This document shows positions 35,201-44,654 of a DNA stretch of 57,838 bases, piece after piece. Made by a program: the position numbers and the translations under genes. The notes beneath the pieces are model-generated. The model saw only the letters and a program-made list of their open reading frames with translations, was not told the origin of the DNA and did no database searches. Numbering within the stretch: the stretch's first letter is position 1; every line of letters starts with the position of its first letter. The stretch is taken from the NCBI GenBank assembly GCA_035506075.1, contig DATJQB010000144.1, positions 1 to 57,838 on the forward strand. Reading direction: 5' to 3'. The DNA is from Bacteroidota bacterium. Its GTDB lineage: Bacteria > Bacteroidota > Ignavibacteria > UBA10030.

Positions 35201-37444
35201 ATGAAACGGTTCGGTTTGATCTTCAGTACTCTGCTCGTTTGTGCATCCACGGGATTTTCTCAGAAATCTATCTATCTCGAAGAGATCAAGAACGCTGTCG
35301 ATCGCGAGTGGAAAAACTATCCGGCACAGATTGAATCCTGGAAGAAGAATACCCAGCCGAGCATTCTTTGGGGTTACAACCCGCCTGGTGGTCCCGCGTA
35401 CCTCGCGGGGGCTCTTGGCTTTCTGTATGAACAGACAAAGAATGTCAGCTATGCAAAAAAGGCGGCGGAGATCCTTGCTTCGTACGGAGACCTGCGCGCA
35501 ACGTACCCGAAGGATTACGCAAAGACACGTGCAGAGTATGTCAACGGCATCCCGGCGTTGTCCAACTTTTTCTTCATGCCCCCCTTCATTCGGGCGTATC
35601 AACGGATCAGGGATTGCGGCGTGCTCGATGAGGAGATGAGAAAGAAAATTGAGGAGAATGTTGCGGGAAGCGCGGACTTTGTCTTCTTCTTTCCCGAGTG
35701 GGGAACCCACAATCGCGCGATGCTCAGAGCCGAGGCCCTGCTCTACGCGTCGCTTGCAATGCCTCATCATCCCCACGCGGAACGGTGGAGAACAATGGCC
35801 CGGATCCTTGCTGATGACAACCTCAAGCAATGGGAAATCGAAGATGCCACGGTGTATCATCCGGTGTGGATGACGGCGCTGTATTCGTATGCGGATGCGT
35901 CGGGAGCAACGGACCTCTTCAATTCACCTCTCATGAGATTCTATCCGAAGTACTTTGAGAAACTCATCGCACCTCACGGTACGCTACCGGAATTTGGCGA
36001 TGCGCGCTGGTTGTCAGGATTCGAGGGGCTCCGGTGGGTGGCTATTTTCGAGCATGCGGCAGCCGCATACAAAGACCCCGAACTCAAATGGGCTGCAAAA
36101 TCGGTCTTCGAGGCCTTCAAGAGCAGAAACGGGAACATCGCCTCCGGCGAAGCATACTATCTCGCCGACGCTTACCGATGGACTGATGAATCGATCAAAC
36201 CTGTAAAGCCGACAAGCAGATCGCAGGAAGTGCTTGAGGATCTCGTGGGAAAGAAGATCGTTTTCCGCAACGGCTGGGAACCCACGAGCACCTACATGCT
36301 TCTGAACTACAGGGATGAAGGGGACGGCGGATTGCTGTACCGGGATTTCCTCCGGCAGACGATTTCGGTTGAAGACGAGAAAATGCACCATGGACATTCG
36401 GATGAAAACAGCATCGCCCTCCTGATGAGCAACGGATCGGTTCTTCTGCATGACGGAGATTACAGGAGCGATCTTCCGAGCGGACCGTACGGGGCATGGA
36501 GGCAGGACTATTTCCACAACCGGCTGATTGCCCGAACGGGCAAGCGCGACGCGAGGCAGAAACTCCTGGAGTTTGTACAGAATTCCGGTGCATACCGCCA
36601 GGTCCGGACACAGAAGTTAGACTTCCTGAGCCTGAAGGAAGTCGATATGAGCCGAACGCGCCTTATCGACGCGGATCTTGGGTACCAGTCCGATCGAAGC
36701 ATCACCTATCTCAAGGAAGAGGGATGGTTTGTTGTCGTCGACGCTGTAAAGATCCTCAGGACGGGATACTATACTTTCGCGAATCTCTGGCATGCCCAGA
36801 CGATTCTTGCGAAAGGCAAGGAGTACTACGATGTCGCAACGGACTCCATTGCCGGCGCAACGCTTCCACAGTCACAGTCACTTCTCCTCGTGTTCCCGGA
36901 ATCATATCAGAAGACGCTGGGAGCAGAGCCCATTACTCGGAGCACGCAGCAGGAACACGCGATCTTCCAAACGGTCTCGAGTCAATACAAAGCGGGAGAT
37001 ACAGAATTGTTCGTGACCGTTCTCATTCCCCATGCGCGCGGCGCCAACGTCGAGGAACTGAAGTCCAGGATAACACTCGCACCCGTTACGTCGCCCTATA
37101 AGGCGGTCGGCGTTGAACTTGCGCGGGAAAATAAAGTCTCGACATGCTGCGTCAAGATTGACCTGGACATGGACCTTGCGCGCGAGAATATCCGACCGCG
37201 CTATCTTTATCAGCTTGGGAAAGTCGGGTACGGCGAATTCGAGACTGACGCCAGCTACATGTTTGCGACGGTCGACCGGGGGACGGTGTCCTATGCGGCG
37301 TCAAACGTCCTGAAAGTGCTGTACAAGAACAAACCGTTGTTCGAATCGCTCGCTGATACGCATCCTCTTCAGCTCGACGGGACCGTCGAGCGTGTTGGAT
37401 TTGTGAAATGGAGATACTGGGAGGATTCTGTTGAAACGAAATAA
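35201..37444 (+). CDS. Secreted heparinase II/III-like protein
   Basis: ATG 35201 follows GGAGG and gives the signal MKRFGLIFSTLLVCASTGFSQ. Toroid-like motifs are EWGTHNRAMLRAEALLYASLA and EIEDATVYHPVW. The C-terminal MHHGHSDENSIALL matches the family H-x-H-x-D motif. Confidence 0.7.
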   Translation: MKRFGLIFSTLLVCASTGFSQKSIYLEEIKNAVDREWKNYPAQIESWKKNTQPSILWGYNPPGGPAYLAGALGFLYEQTKNVSYAKKAAEILASYGDLRATYPKDYAKTRAEYVNGIPALSNFFFMPPFIRAYQRIRDCGVLDEEMRKKIEENVAGSADFVFFFPEWGTHNRAMLRAEALLYASLAMPHHPHAERWRTMARILADDNLKQWEIEDATVYHPVWMTALYSYADASGATDLFNSPLMRFYPKYFEKLIAPHGTLPEFGDARWLSGFEGLRWVAIFEHAAAAYKDPELKWAAKSVFEAFKSRNGNIASGEAYYLADAYRWTDESIKPVKPTSRSQEVLEDLVGKKIVFRNGWEPTSTYMLLNYRDEGDGGLLYRDFLRQTISVEDEKMHHGHSDENSIALLMSNGSVLLHDGDYRSDLPSGPYGAWRQDYFHNRLIARTGKRDARQKLLEFVQNSGAYRQVRTQKLDFLSLKEVDMSRTRLIDADLGYQSDRSITYLKEEGWFVVVDAVKILRTGYYTFANLWHAQTILAKGKEYYDVATDSIAGATLPQSQSLLLVFPESYQKTLGAEPITRSTQQEHAIFQTVSSQYKAGDTELFVTVLIPHARGANVEELKSRITLAPVTSPYKAVGVELARENKVSTCCVKIDLDMDLARENIRPRYLYQLGKVGYGEFETDASYMFATVDRGTVSYAASNVLKVLYKNKPLFESLADTHPLQLDGTVERVGFVKWRYWEDSVETK

Positions 37445-37464
37445 TATCTCCACAACCCGCTGAC

Positions 37465-38391
37465 ATGGTACTCACGATCACGCTCAATCCGATGCTGGAC
37501 AAAACAGTTCACATCGGACAACTTCAGCGGGGGGCAATTCATCGGGCGACCGCGATGGAAACTGTTCCGGGCGGCAAAGGAATCAATGTGTCGCGGCAAT
37601 TGAAGCGGCTCGGCATAAGGACGCTCGCGACAGGATTCCTTGGCGGCGACGCGGGGCACCGGATTTCGGAAATGCTGACGGCGGAAGGCGTTGATCATGA
37701 GTTCGTCATGACGAATGCACGTACTCGTGATGGGGTTACGTACCTCGAACCCGACGGGACATGGACGGCTGTCTTCGAACCGGCGTTCGCGATCGACGCA
37801 ATGTCCGTCGATGCCCTGAGGAGCAAGTTCGACAAACTGATTCCACAATGTTCGTGGGTGATGTGTGGGGGAAGTTCTCCGGGCGAGGAGACTGACGATC
37901 TTTTCTTCGAAGCTATCGTGAAGGCGCATGACGCAGGGTTGCCGAGCGTTCTTGATTCGTACGGCAACGCGTTCGGGCGGGCAATGAAGGCGAAGCCAAC
38001 GATGGTAAAGCCGAACAAAAAGGAGTTCGAATCGACGTACAATGCACGGCTCGAGTCGGCCGGTGATTACGTTGACGCAATCAATTTTCTTTTCAGTCAA
38101 GGAGCAAACTACTGTATTATCACTGACGGGGGATCACCGTTCTACGCCGGTGTCAAAGGCCATTACTGGAAAGTCAGTCCGCCGGCTGTCAGAACCGTAA
38201 ATCCCACGGGATCAGGGGACGCAATGATTGCAGGCATTCTGTACGGTTTTCGCCAGGGTTGGAAGTTCGAACGGTGTCTCGCTTTTGGAGCTGCAGCCGG
38301 AGCTGCAAATGCGATGATGTGGGAAGTAGCTCTATTGACCCTGGATGACATTATGAGACTCGAAGCACAGGTAGTAATCCAGCGGGTCTAA
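37465..38391 (+). CDS. PfkB-family kinase of the 1-phosphofructokinase / tagatose-6-P kinase subgroup
   Basis: The N-terminus is MVLTITLNPMLDKT...GGKGINVSR and the C-terminus carries NPTGSGDAMIAG. Confidence 0.8.
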   Translation: MVLTITLNPMLDKTVHIGQLQRGAIHRATAMETVPGGKGINVSRQLKRLGIRTLATGFLGGDAGHRISEMLTAEGVDHEFVMTNARTRDGVTYLEPDGTWTAVFEPAFAIDAMSVDALRSKFDKLIPQCSWVMCGGSSPGEETDDLFFEAIVKAHDAGLPSVLDSYGNAFGRAMKAKPTMVKPNKKEFESTYNARLESAGDYVDAINFLFSQGANYCIITDGGSPFYAGVKGHYWKVSPPAVRTVNPTGSGDAMIAGILYGFRQGWKFERCLAFGAAAGAANAMMWEVALLTLDDIMRLEAQVVIQRV

Positions 38392-38405
38392 AAGGCTAAT
38401 CGACT

Positions 38406-39449
38406 ATGAATGATCGTCTGCTGCGTACGTTGAATGGTGATGTGCCGGACCAGGTGCCGTTTCTTCCTGCGATCTACGAGCACAAAGGATGGTTCATCGG
38501 CGAGACACCTTCGCGCGTTGCGCGGGACGCGCGCCTGCTCACAACTGCGCTGCAGGCTGAGTTTGAACAGGTCGGTGCCGATGCTCTCATCGTTGGAGTC
38601 GATATCTACAATGTCGAAGCTGAGGCGATGGGATGCACCGTGACGTATTACGAGGGGAACGACAACTCCGTGCCTGCGATCGGCTCCAACGGAGCGATTG
38701 TTCACACAGCAGGAGACCTGGAATCTCTCAGGACGCCGGACCCGTACAAAGACGGGCGGATGCCGCTGAATCTCGAAGCCGCCAGGAACACAGTGAAAAC
38801 GCTGGGACGTGAAGTCCCTGTCAGGGGAGCAGTCTCCGGTCCATTTTCGCTGGCAGCACACCTTTCCGGCCCGGGGAATTTTTTTCTGCTGCTTATGATG
38901 CAGACGGAGTTGGTGAAGGCGCTTCTCGCGTTCGCCGCCGGTGTCATCAAGGCCTACGGCAAGGCGCTTATCGAACAAGGGTGCGGCATCGTCATGTTTG
39001 ATTCGCACGCGTCGCCGGACCTGTTGCCGCCCGACATGTACCGCGATCTTGTGCTTCCGCATACACGCGAGATCATAGAGTACTTTCAAACGCTCGGCGT
39101 TCAACACGTGCCGCTCATTATCGGTGGGAACACCACGAAAATGCTCGACTCGTATCTCGACACGGGAGCAAATAACCTTCTCTGCGACGTCAAGGCAGAT
39201 CCGCAAAGGTTCGTGGAGGCCTGCTCCAAAACAAGAAGAGCGTTTCGCCGGAACATTGATTTGTCGGATGCCGGCACGACGACACCGGATGAGGCGCACC
39301 GGCGCGCACTCCGTGATCTTGAAGCATCGGGTGGATATCCGGGATTCATTCTTGGTACCGCTGTCCTGCCATACGGCACGCCGCTGTCGCACCTGCTCGC
39401 GATGAAAGAGGCGATACGGGAGCATAGCAAGAGTCGCGGCAGGGGATGA
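38406..39449 (+). CDS. Uroporphyrinogen-decarboxylase (URO-D) family protein, MtaA/O-demethylase-methyltransferase-like
   Basis: 347 aa. It has the N-terminus NDRLLRTLNGDVPDQVPF and the C-terminus GFILGTAVLPYGTPLSHLLAMKEAI, typical of the URO-D/MtaA fold. The expected H-x-C zinc motif appears as SHAS. Confidence 0.7.
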   Translation: MNDRLLRTLNGDVPDQVPFLPAIYEHKGWFIGETPSRVARDARLLTTALQAEFEQVGADALIVGVDIYNVEAEAMGCTVTYYEGNDNSVPAIGSNGAIVHTAGDLESLRTPDPYKDGRMPLNLEAARNTVKTLGREVPVRGAVSGPFSLAAHLSGPGNFFLLLMMQTELVKALLAFAAGVIKAYGKALIEQGCGIVMFDSHASPDLLPPDMYRDLVLPHTREIIEYFQTLGVQHVPLIIGGNTTKMLDSYLDTGANNLLCDVKADPQRFVEACSKTRRAFRRNIDLSDAGTTTPDEAHRRALRDLEASGGYPGFILGTAVLPYGTPLSHLLAMKEAIREHSKSRGRG

Positions 39450-39498
39450 AGAAGTAACGGCGGAATGCAGAACGAACACGCGTGACTCTGATAGAACT

Positions 39499-39609
39499 GC
39501 AGGGACTCTAGACCAGAGCTTTGCAAATGAATTTGGCGCGGATGGATTTGCCCGTGACGCCGTTCTCGCTTTCGATACCTTCAAACGTTTTATTCAAACG
39601 GAACCATAA
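39499..39609 (+). pseudogene. Relic of the 3' end of a cobalamin-binding (corrinoid) protein gene
   Basis: The frame is open 39406-39609 with no usable start codon. It ends ..AGTLDQSFANEFGADGFARDAVLAFDTFKRFIQTEP*. This matches the C-terminal consensus of B12-binding domains (GGAP.T..FA..IGADGY..DA..AV). The N-terminal ~170 aa, including the DxHxxG loop, are absent. Confidence 0.55.
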
Positions 39610-39627
39610 TTTTCATCAGGGGGGTTC

Positions 39628-41001
39628 ATGGCAGGTCGTTTCACATCACTCGCTATTCCCGGCGCGACGGGATTGATGTTCGGCAGATCGACAACAACCG
39701 TGCGATGCGGCTTGGGACTTGAGCTCGGAAAAGGCGAAGTCTATCCGGAGCTGAACTTCACCTTGCCGACAATGGCGCTCGATGAATCCACATGGTCCGC
39801 CGTTCTTGGACACTACGAAGAGATCGGGGCGAGCGTCGAGCGGGCTGCAAGACGATTGCACCTCCCCGGACTGATGATCGAGTTCGAACTGTTGCCCCCC
39901 ATGACTGAGCACCCTTCCTGGGGAGCTGAAATCACGGCCATCCTGAACCGCCATTTGAAACAGGCCCACGAGGAATTCGGGCTGCCGTGCGCTCTCCGTG
40001 TGACGCCGACGGATATCCGCGACGTGACGCGCCCCCCCGACCTCCGGTCAGGAAAACCCGTTGAAGCGCTCTTCGAATCATTCGAACAATGCGCAGCCGC
40101 CGGTGCACACGTACTCTCGATTGAGTCGGTGGGAGCAAAGGAAGTCCACGACGAGGCGTTGCTGTATGGTGACATCGAGGGAGTGATCTTCGCACTGGGA
40201 GTGCTCGCGCCGAGGGACATGGAGTTCCTCTGGAAAAGGATCATCAGCATCTGTAAAGCTCACAACGTTGTGGCGGGCGGCGATTCTGCGTGTGGGTTTG
40301 CCAACACGGCGATGCAGCTTTCTTCACAGGGCATGCTCCCGGAAGTTCTGGCGACAATCGTGCGGGCGGCGAGCTCGGTGCGAAGCCTCGTTGCGTATGA
40401 ATGCGGCGCACAGGGACCGTCCAAGGATTGTGCTTATGAAGGACCCGTGATTAAGGCGATCACAGGAACGCCGATTGCGATGGAAGGAAAGTCGGCGAGC
40501 TGCGCTCATTTCAGTCCGGTAGGTAACGTCGCAGCGGCAATGTGCGATCTCTGGAGCAACGAATCGGTCCAGAACCTCCGGCTGCTCTCAGGCCCCGCGC
40601 CTGAAGCGTACCTTGAACTTCTCGCCTACGATTGCCGGTTGTTCAACCGTGCACTCCGAACCGGAACAGAGGGAGTGTACCAAAAACTGCTGGTCGATTC
40701 CGACATTCACATCAGCCCGCAAGCGTATATTCTGTCTCCCGAGTCGACGTCAAGGATTGCCGCGGTGATCGTGAAGGAATCGAATCACTACGCGATGACA
40801 CTTGCCGCAGCGAAGGAAGCTGTTGCCATCATCCGTGATGGCGCAGCGAAGAAAGCGCTGACGCTGAATTCGAAGGAAGTGGAGTGGACGGATCGAATCA
40901 GCCGCGAGCTTGACGCAATGCCGGCGGACGAGCAAAGCCTGATGGGATCGATGCAGGATCGGTACGGTCACCTGTTTTCAGGTGCGAGTTACGGGCTGTG
41001 A
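39628..41001 (+). CDS. MtaB-like (methanol:corrinoid methyltransferase family) protein
   Basis: 457 aa, with ATG 39628 following AGGGGGG. The segments MIEFELLPPMTEHPSWGAEI, LPCALRVTPTDIRD, SIESVGAKE, GGDSACGF and SKDCAYEGP are collinear with my recollection of Methanosarcina MtaB. Confidence 0.6.
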   Translation: MAGRFTSLAIPGATGLMFGRSTTTVRCGLGLELGKGEVYPELNFTLPTMALDESTWSAVLGHYEEIGASVERAARRLHLPGLMIEFELLPPMTEHPSWGAEITAILNRHLKQAHEEFGLPCALRVTPTDIRDVTRPPDLRSGKPVEALFESFEQCAAAGAHVLSIESVGAKEVHDEALLYGDIEGVIFALGVLAPRDMEFLWKRIISICKAHNVVAGGDSACGFANTAMQLSSQGMLPEVLATIVRAASSVRSLVAYECGAQGPSKDCAYEGPVIKAITGTPIAMEGKSASCAHFSPVGNVAAAMCDLWSNESVQNLRLLSGPAPEAYLELLAYDCRLFNRALRTGTEGVYQKLLVDSDIHISPQAYILSPESTSRIAAVIVKESNHYAMTLAAAKEAVAIIRDGAAKKALTLNSKEVEWTDRISRELDAMPADEQSLMGSMQDRYGHLFSGASYGL

Positions 41002-41106
41002 CGCATGAACGATCCCGCGTTCTCGCAGTTCCGCCGCCGAGACAAATCGTAAGAAATTGAATTACATCTTGTTTCCATACATGAACCTATAGTCCGAAGG
41101 AATATC

Positions 41107-43440
41107 ATGCCCACAATGAGCGAACTGCTTGCGCAGGCGAAGGTCATCCACACCACGAACCCTTCGATCCAGGTCGAACAAACCGTTGCACATGAGCTGC
41201 AAACCATCGTCGGTCGTGCAATCGATATTAAAAATGCTCCGGGATTGTCTGCTCCGGCAGGGACAATCCGCGTCGCCGTCGTGAAAGAGAAGGCACAATG
41301 GCACAGCCTTCACGCGTCGCTCAGTGGATCCGGCGACTGGATGATGGTTCGGGCGAAGCCCGGGTCAGGAATTGAAATTCTCGCGTCCCGTCCTCATCTC
41401 CTCTTCTATATCTATTCCATGCTTGTCGAGGACTGGAAAGGTATGGACGCGGGGGAGTTTGCCAAGGGGAAGATCGTTCACCCGTCGTTTCACAATATGC
41501 GCCCGGTCTACGACCTCTTTCTCACGCAGCACGCGCGGACGGTTCGCAACTTCGATCGCGAGGAGCACATTCGCAACCTTGCGCGCCTAGGATTCTCGCA
41601 CGCTGAGGTCAACGGTCTGGCGTTCGCGGTGCCGTTTGAACGCGGCCCGCAGGGGGAGCTCCTCCATCGTTTTTACACGTACTGTCCATCGCTCGATCAA
41701 TTCGTTTCGAGCCGTCTGAACAAGGGAATTTATGACGACGACTACCTGCAGGCGAATCTGAACTTTCTGAAGCGCAATGCGGCCCTGGCGGAAAAATACG
41801 GATTGGCCCCCGGCCTTGTCTGCTTCGAACCGCGTTCTGTTCCCGACAATCTTCTTGAACGCTATCCGATGCTGCGGGGTGCGCGCGTCGATCACCCGAT
41901 CCGCAGCTGGCATCCGCGATACAACCTGTCGATCGCACATCCGGTGGTCCGTGATCACTACGCTGAGATGCTCGAAAATCTCCTGAAGGAAGTCCCGTCT
42001 CTGGAGTACATCTCTGTCTGGTCGAACGACAGCGGCGCGGGGTTTGAGTACACAAGCTCGTTGTATGTCGGCCGCAACGGAGGCGGCTATGTGATTCGCG
42101 AGTGGAAGGGGGACACGGAGATCGCGGAATCGGCGGCGAACAACCTGGTGCGGTTCATGAAGACACTGCGGGATGCGGCGCGCAAAGTGAATCCGAAATT
42201 CAGAACGCTCATCCGTCTGGAACCGTTCTGGGCGGAGCATGAATATATCTGGAATCAACTCGGCGACGGATTGGACGTCGAAGTTTCGTCCCTGCTGACA
42301 AAGGGGTGGAAGCTGGCGTATCAACATCCAAAATACAAGGAAGCACGGGAGATTCACGGCACGGCGCTGCATAACAGGTTTGTGGACGACGAGAAACCGA
42401 TCATCGAAGAGCTGCGGAAAAAGAAATCGGAGGCAGACGTCTACTTCAATCCGGGCACAATCTGGAATCACGAGCCTCTCCTGGGAGTCCCGTTCCCCGG
42501 CCTGGTCTACGACAAACTCGCGGATATGGCAAAGCAGGGAGTGACAACCCCTTGCTTCAACGGCAGCACAACCCCGCAGTCGTTTGCACCGTACAACATC
42601 AACCAGGAACTCGTCCGTGCATTCCAGGCGGATGCAACGCTCGATCTTGACGTCTTCCTGCACAGGAAAGCGTCGGAGTGGATCGGCGAATCACTTGCGG
42701 CCGATCTTGTAAAAATATGGAAACACTCGGATGATGCATACCGGTCGTTCCCCATCCCGATCTGGATTTACTCGTCATGGGGAAACTGGTACCGGCTTGC
42801 CATCCGGCCCATCATTCCAAACGTCGAAGCGATCTCACCCAAAGAGCGGGCATACTACGAGAAGTTCCTCCTGGCGACCTCGCACAACCGGTGCATGATC
42901 GATTTCCGGTACGATGTGGGATTCGATCTTGTCGATCCGGCCCACGCCTATCATTGCATGAAGTTGATGGATAAGGACTTGTTCCCCGAGCTGGATGCGG
43001 CGATGAAGCTGCTTGGGCAAATGAAGTCCAAAGCGAAGACCGACGCCGCCCAGGCGTGTGTCGAGGATCTGACAGACCGTATGCGTGCCCTGCAATGCTG
43101 GTACCGCACGCAGCGGAATGTCACCGCATGGGTTGCGGGCGTCCATGGCTACCTCGAAACGAAGGACAAGAAGGTGAAGAAAGAATCCCGCCGGCTGCTC
43201 AAGGAGATGGTTCTGGATGAAATCGAGAACACGAAAGAGCTCCTGAAGCTGTGGGAGACCTCGAAGACGAACTGGATGATCCTTTCGGATGTCGGCGAGA
43301 CGACGTTTATCTACTACAAGAACTTTGGTGAACTGTTGAAGCGGAAGATCGTCCTGATGAAGGGGCATGAAAACGACGAGCCGTACGTCGATCCTGACTT
43401 CCAGTGGCGCGTTCCCGGCTTCACCGATGTGAAGGCGTAA
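41107..43440 (+). CDS. Large cytoplasmic hypothetical protein (777 aa), possibly a TIM-barrel glycoside-hydrolase-like enzyme
   Basis: It is a long uninterrupted ORF with coding-like composition and no signal peptide. The central region (LGFSHAEVNGLAF, LVCFEPRS, ISVWSNDSGAGFEY) looks like a beta/alpha barrel and the C-terminus is helical. No family was recognised. Confidence 0.55.
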   Translation: MPTMSELLAQAKVIHTTNPSIQVEQTVAHELQTIVGRAIDIKNAPGLSAPAGTIRVAVVKEKAQWHSLHASLSGSGDWMMVRAKPGSGIEILASRPHLLFYIYSMLVEDWKGMDAGEFAKGKIVHPSFHNMRPVYDLFLTQHARTVRNFDREEHIRNLARLGFSHAEVNGLAFAVPFERGPQGELLHRFYTYCPSLDQFVSSRLNKGIYDDDYLQANLNFLKRNAALAEKYGLAPGLVCFEPRSVPDNLLERYPMLRGARVDHPIRSWHPRYNLSIAHPVVRDHYAEMLENLLKEVPSLEYISVWSNDSGAGFEYTSSLYVGRNGGGYVIREWKGDTEIAESAANNLVRFMKTLRDAARKVNPKFRTLIRLEPFWAEHEYIWNQLGDGLDVEVSSLLTKGWKLAYQHPKYKEAREIHGTALHNRFVDDEKPIIEELRKKKSEADVYFNPGTIWNHEPLLGVPFPGLVYDKLADMAKQGVTTPCFNGSTTPQSFAPYNINQELVRAFQADATLDLDVFLHRKASEWIGESLAADLVKIWKHSDDAYRSFPIPIWIYSSWGNWYRLAIRPIIPNVEAISPKERAYYEKFLLATSHNRCMIDFRYDVGFDLVDPAHAYHCMKLMDKDLFPELDAAMKLLGQMKSKAKTDAAQACVEDLTDRMRALQCWYRTQRNVTAWVAGVHGYLETKDKKVKKESRRLLKEMVLDEIENTKELLKLWETSKTNWMILSDVGETTFIYYKNFGELLKRKIVLMKGHENDEPYVDPDFQWRVPGFTDVKA

Positions 43441-43463
43441 GCAAAGGAATCGTCTCATCGTTG

Positions 43464-44615
43464 ATGACTATGCCCCTGCGCATTCTCATAGCCCCGGATT
43501 CGTTCAAAGGAACCCTTACTGCAGCCGAGGCGGCCGCGGCGATGGAGAGCGGGGTCCTCACAGCGCTTCCTGATGCAGTCGTGATGAAGCAGCCCCTCTC
43601 CGACGGCGGAGAGGGAATGGTCGACATTATCACGGGGGCTCTCGGAGGCAGGATCATCACCACTCGGGTGAGCGGACCGCTGCCTGAGCAGCGAGTAGAT
43701 GCAACGTGGGGTTTGTCGGCAGACGGCACAACGGCTGTCATTGAGATGGCTGAAGCCGCGGGACTGCTGCTTGTCCCGAAGGAACGCCGGAATCCGGGAA
43801 TCACATCGACGATTGGTGTCGGCGAGGTGATGAAGGCCGCGCTTGATGAGGGGGTCAGCTCTCTTCTCATCGGCATCGGCGGGAGCGCGACGAATGACGG
43901 CGGGGCGGGGATGGCGGAGGCGCTCGGCTACAAGTTTCTTGATGCCGGAGGCTCCCCGCTTGACCGGGGAGGGGCGGCGCTCATGAACCTGGCAATCATC
44001 GATCCTGCCGAAAAAGATCCGCGCCTGGATCGTGTGGAAATTCTCGTTGCCTGCGATGTGCAGAACACGCTCTGTGGAAAGGAAGGCGCATCCGCCGTCT
44101 ATGGACCGCAGAAGGGAGCTTCGCTCTCCGATGTTTCCCTGCTTGACAAAGCGCTCGGGCATTTTGGCCGACTCATACAGTCACAGCTGAACGTGGATGT
44201 TCTTTCTCTTCCTGGAGGCGGCGCGGCCGGAGGATTGGGAGCAGGGCTCGTGGCGTTTTGCGGCGCCCGGCTCCTGAATGGGATTGATCTTGTTCTGCGG
44301 ATTACAAAGTTCGATGAACGGCTTCAGACCGTCGATCTCGTCATCACGGGTGAAGGGAAGATCGACCGTCAGTTCAGCTACGGAAAGTCTCTCGCAGGTG
44401 TTGTCGGCCACTCGAAGAAGTTGGGAGTACCGGCACTGGCTGTCGTTGGACGGAGAGAAGGGGATCGCGCCTTGTTTGTGAACGCGGATGCGTTTGCCGA
44501 CATCGAATCGCTCGTGGACGAAGAATTCTCTGAACAGGAAGCCATGAACAACGCCGCCGTGATGGTCGCTCAAAAGACGAATCGCTTGCTTCAACGGTAT
44601 TTAAGTCGTACTTAA
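43464..44615 (+). CDS. Glycerate kinase (GlxK/GarK family)
   Basis: It starts MTMPLRILIAPDSFKGTLTAAEAA (the family signature APDSFKG) and has GGSATNDGGAGM. An alternative ATG is at 43470. Confidence 0.85.
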   Translation: MTMPLRILIAPDSFKGTLTAAEAAAAMESGVLTALPDAVVMKQPLSDGGEGMVDIITGALGGRIITTRVSGPLPEQRVDATWGLSADGTTAVIEMAEAAGLLLVPKERRNPGITSTIGVGEVMKAALDEGVSSLLIGIGGSATNDGGAGMAEALGYKFLDAGGSPLDRGGAALMNLAIIDPAEKDPRLDRVEILVACDVQNTLCGKEGASAVYGPQKGASLSDVSLLDKALGHFGRLIQSQLNVDVLSLPGGGAAGGLGAGLVAFCGARLLNGIDLVLRITKFDERLQTVDLVITGEGKIDRQFSYGKSLAGVVGHSKKLGVPALAVVGRREGDRALFVNADAFADIESLVDEEFSEQEAMNNAAVMVAQKTNRLLQRYLSRT

Positions 44616-44654
44616 TACGCCTGAAGGAAAGGATCGATCAACCGAGGAGAGAGT

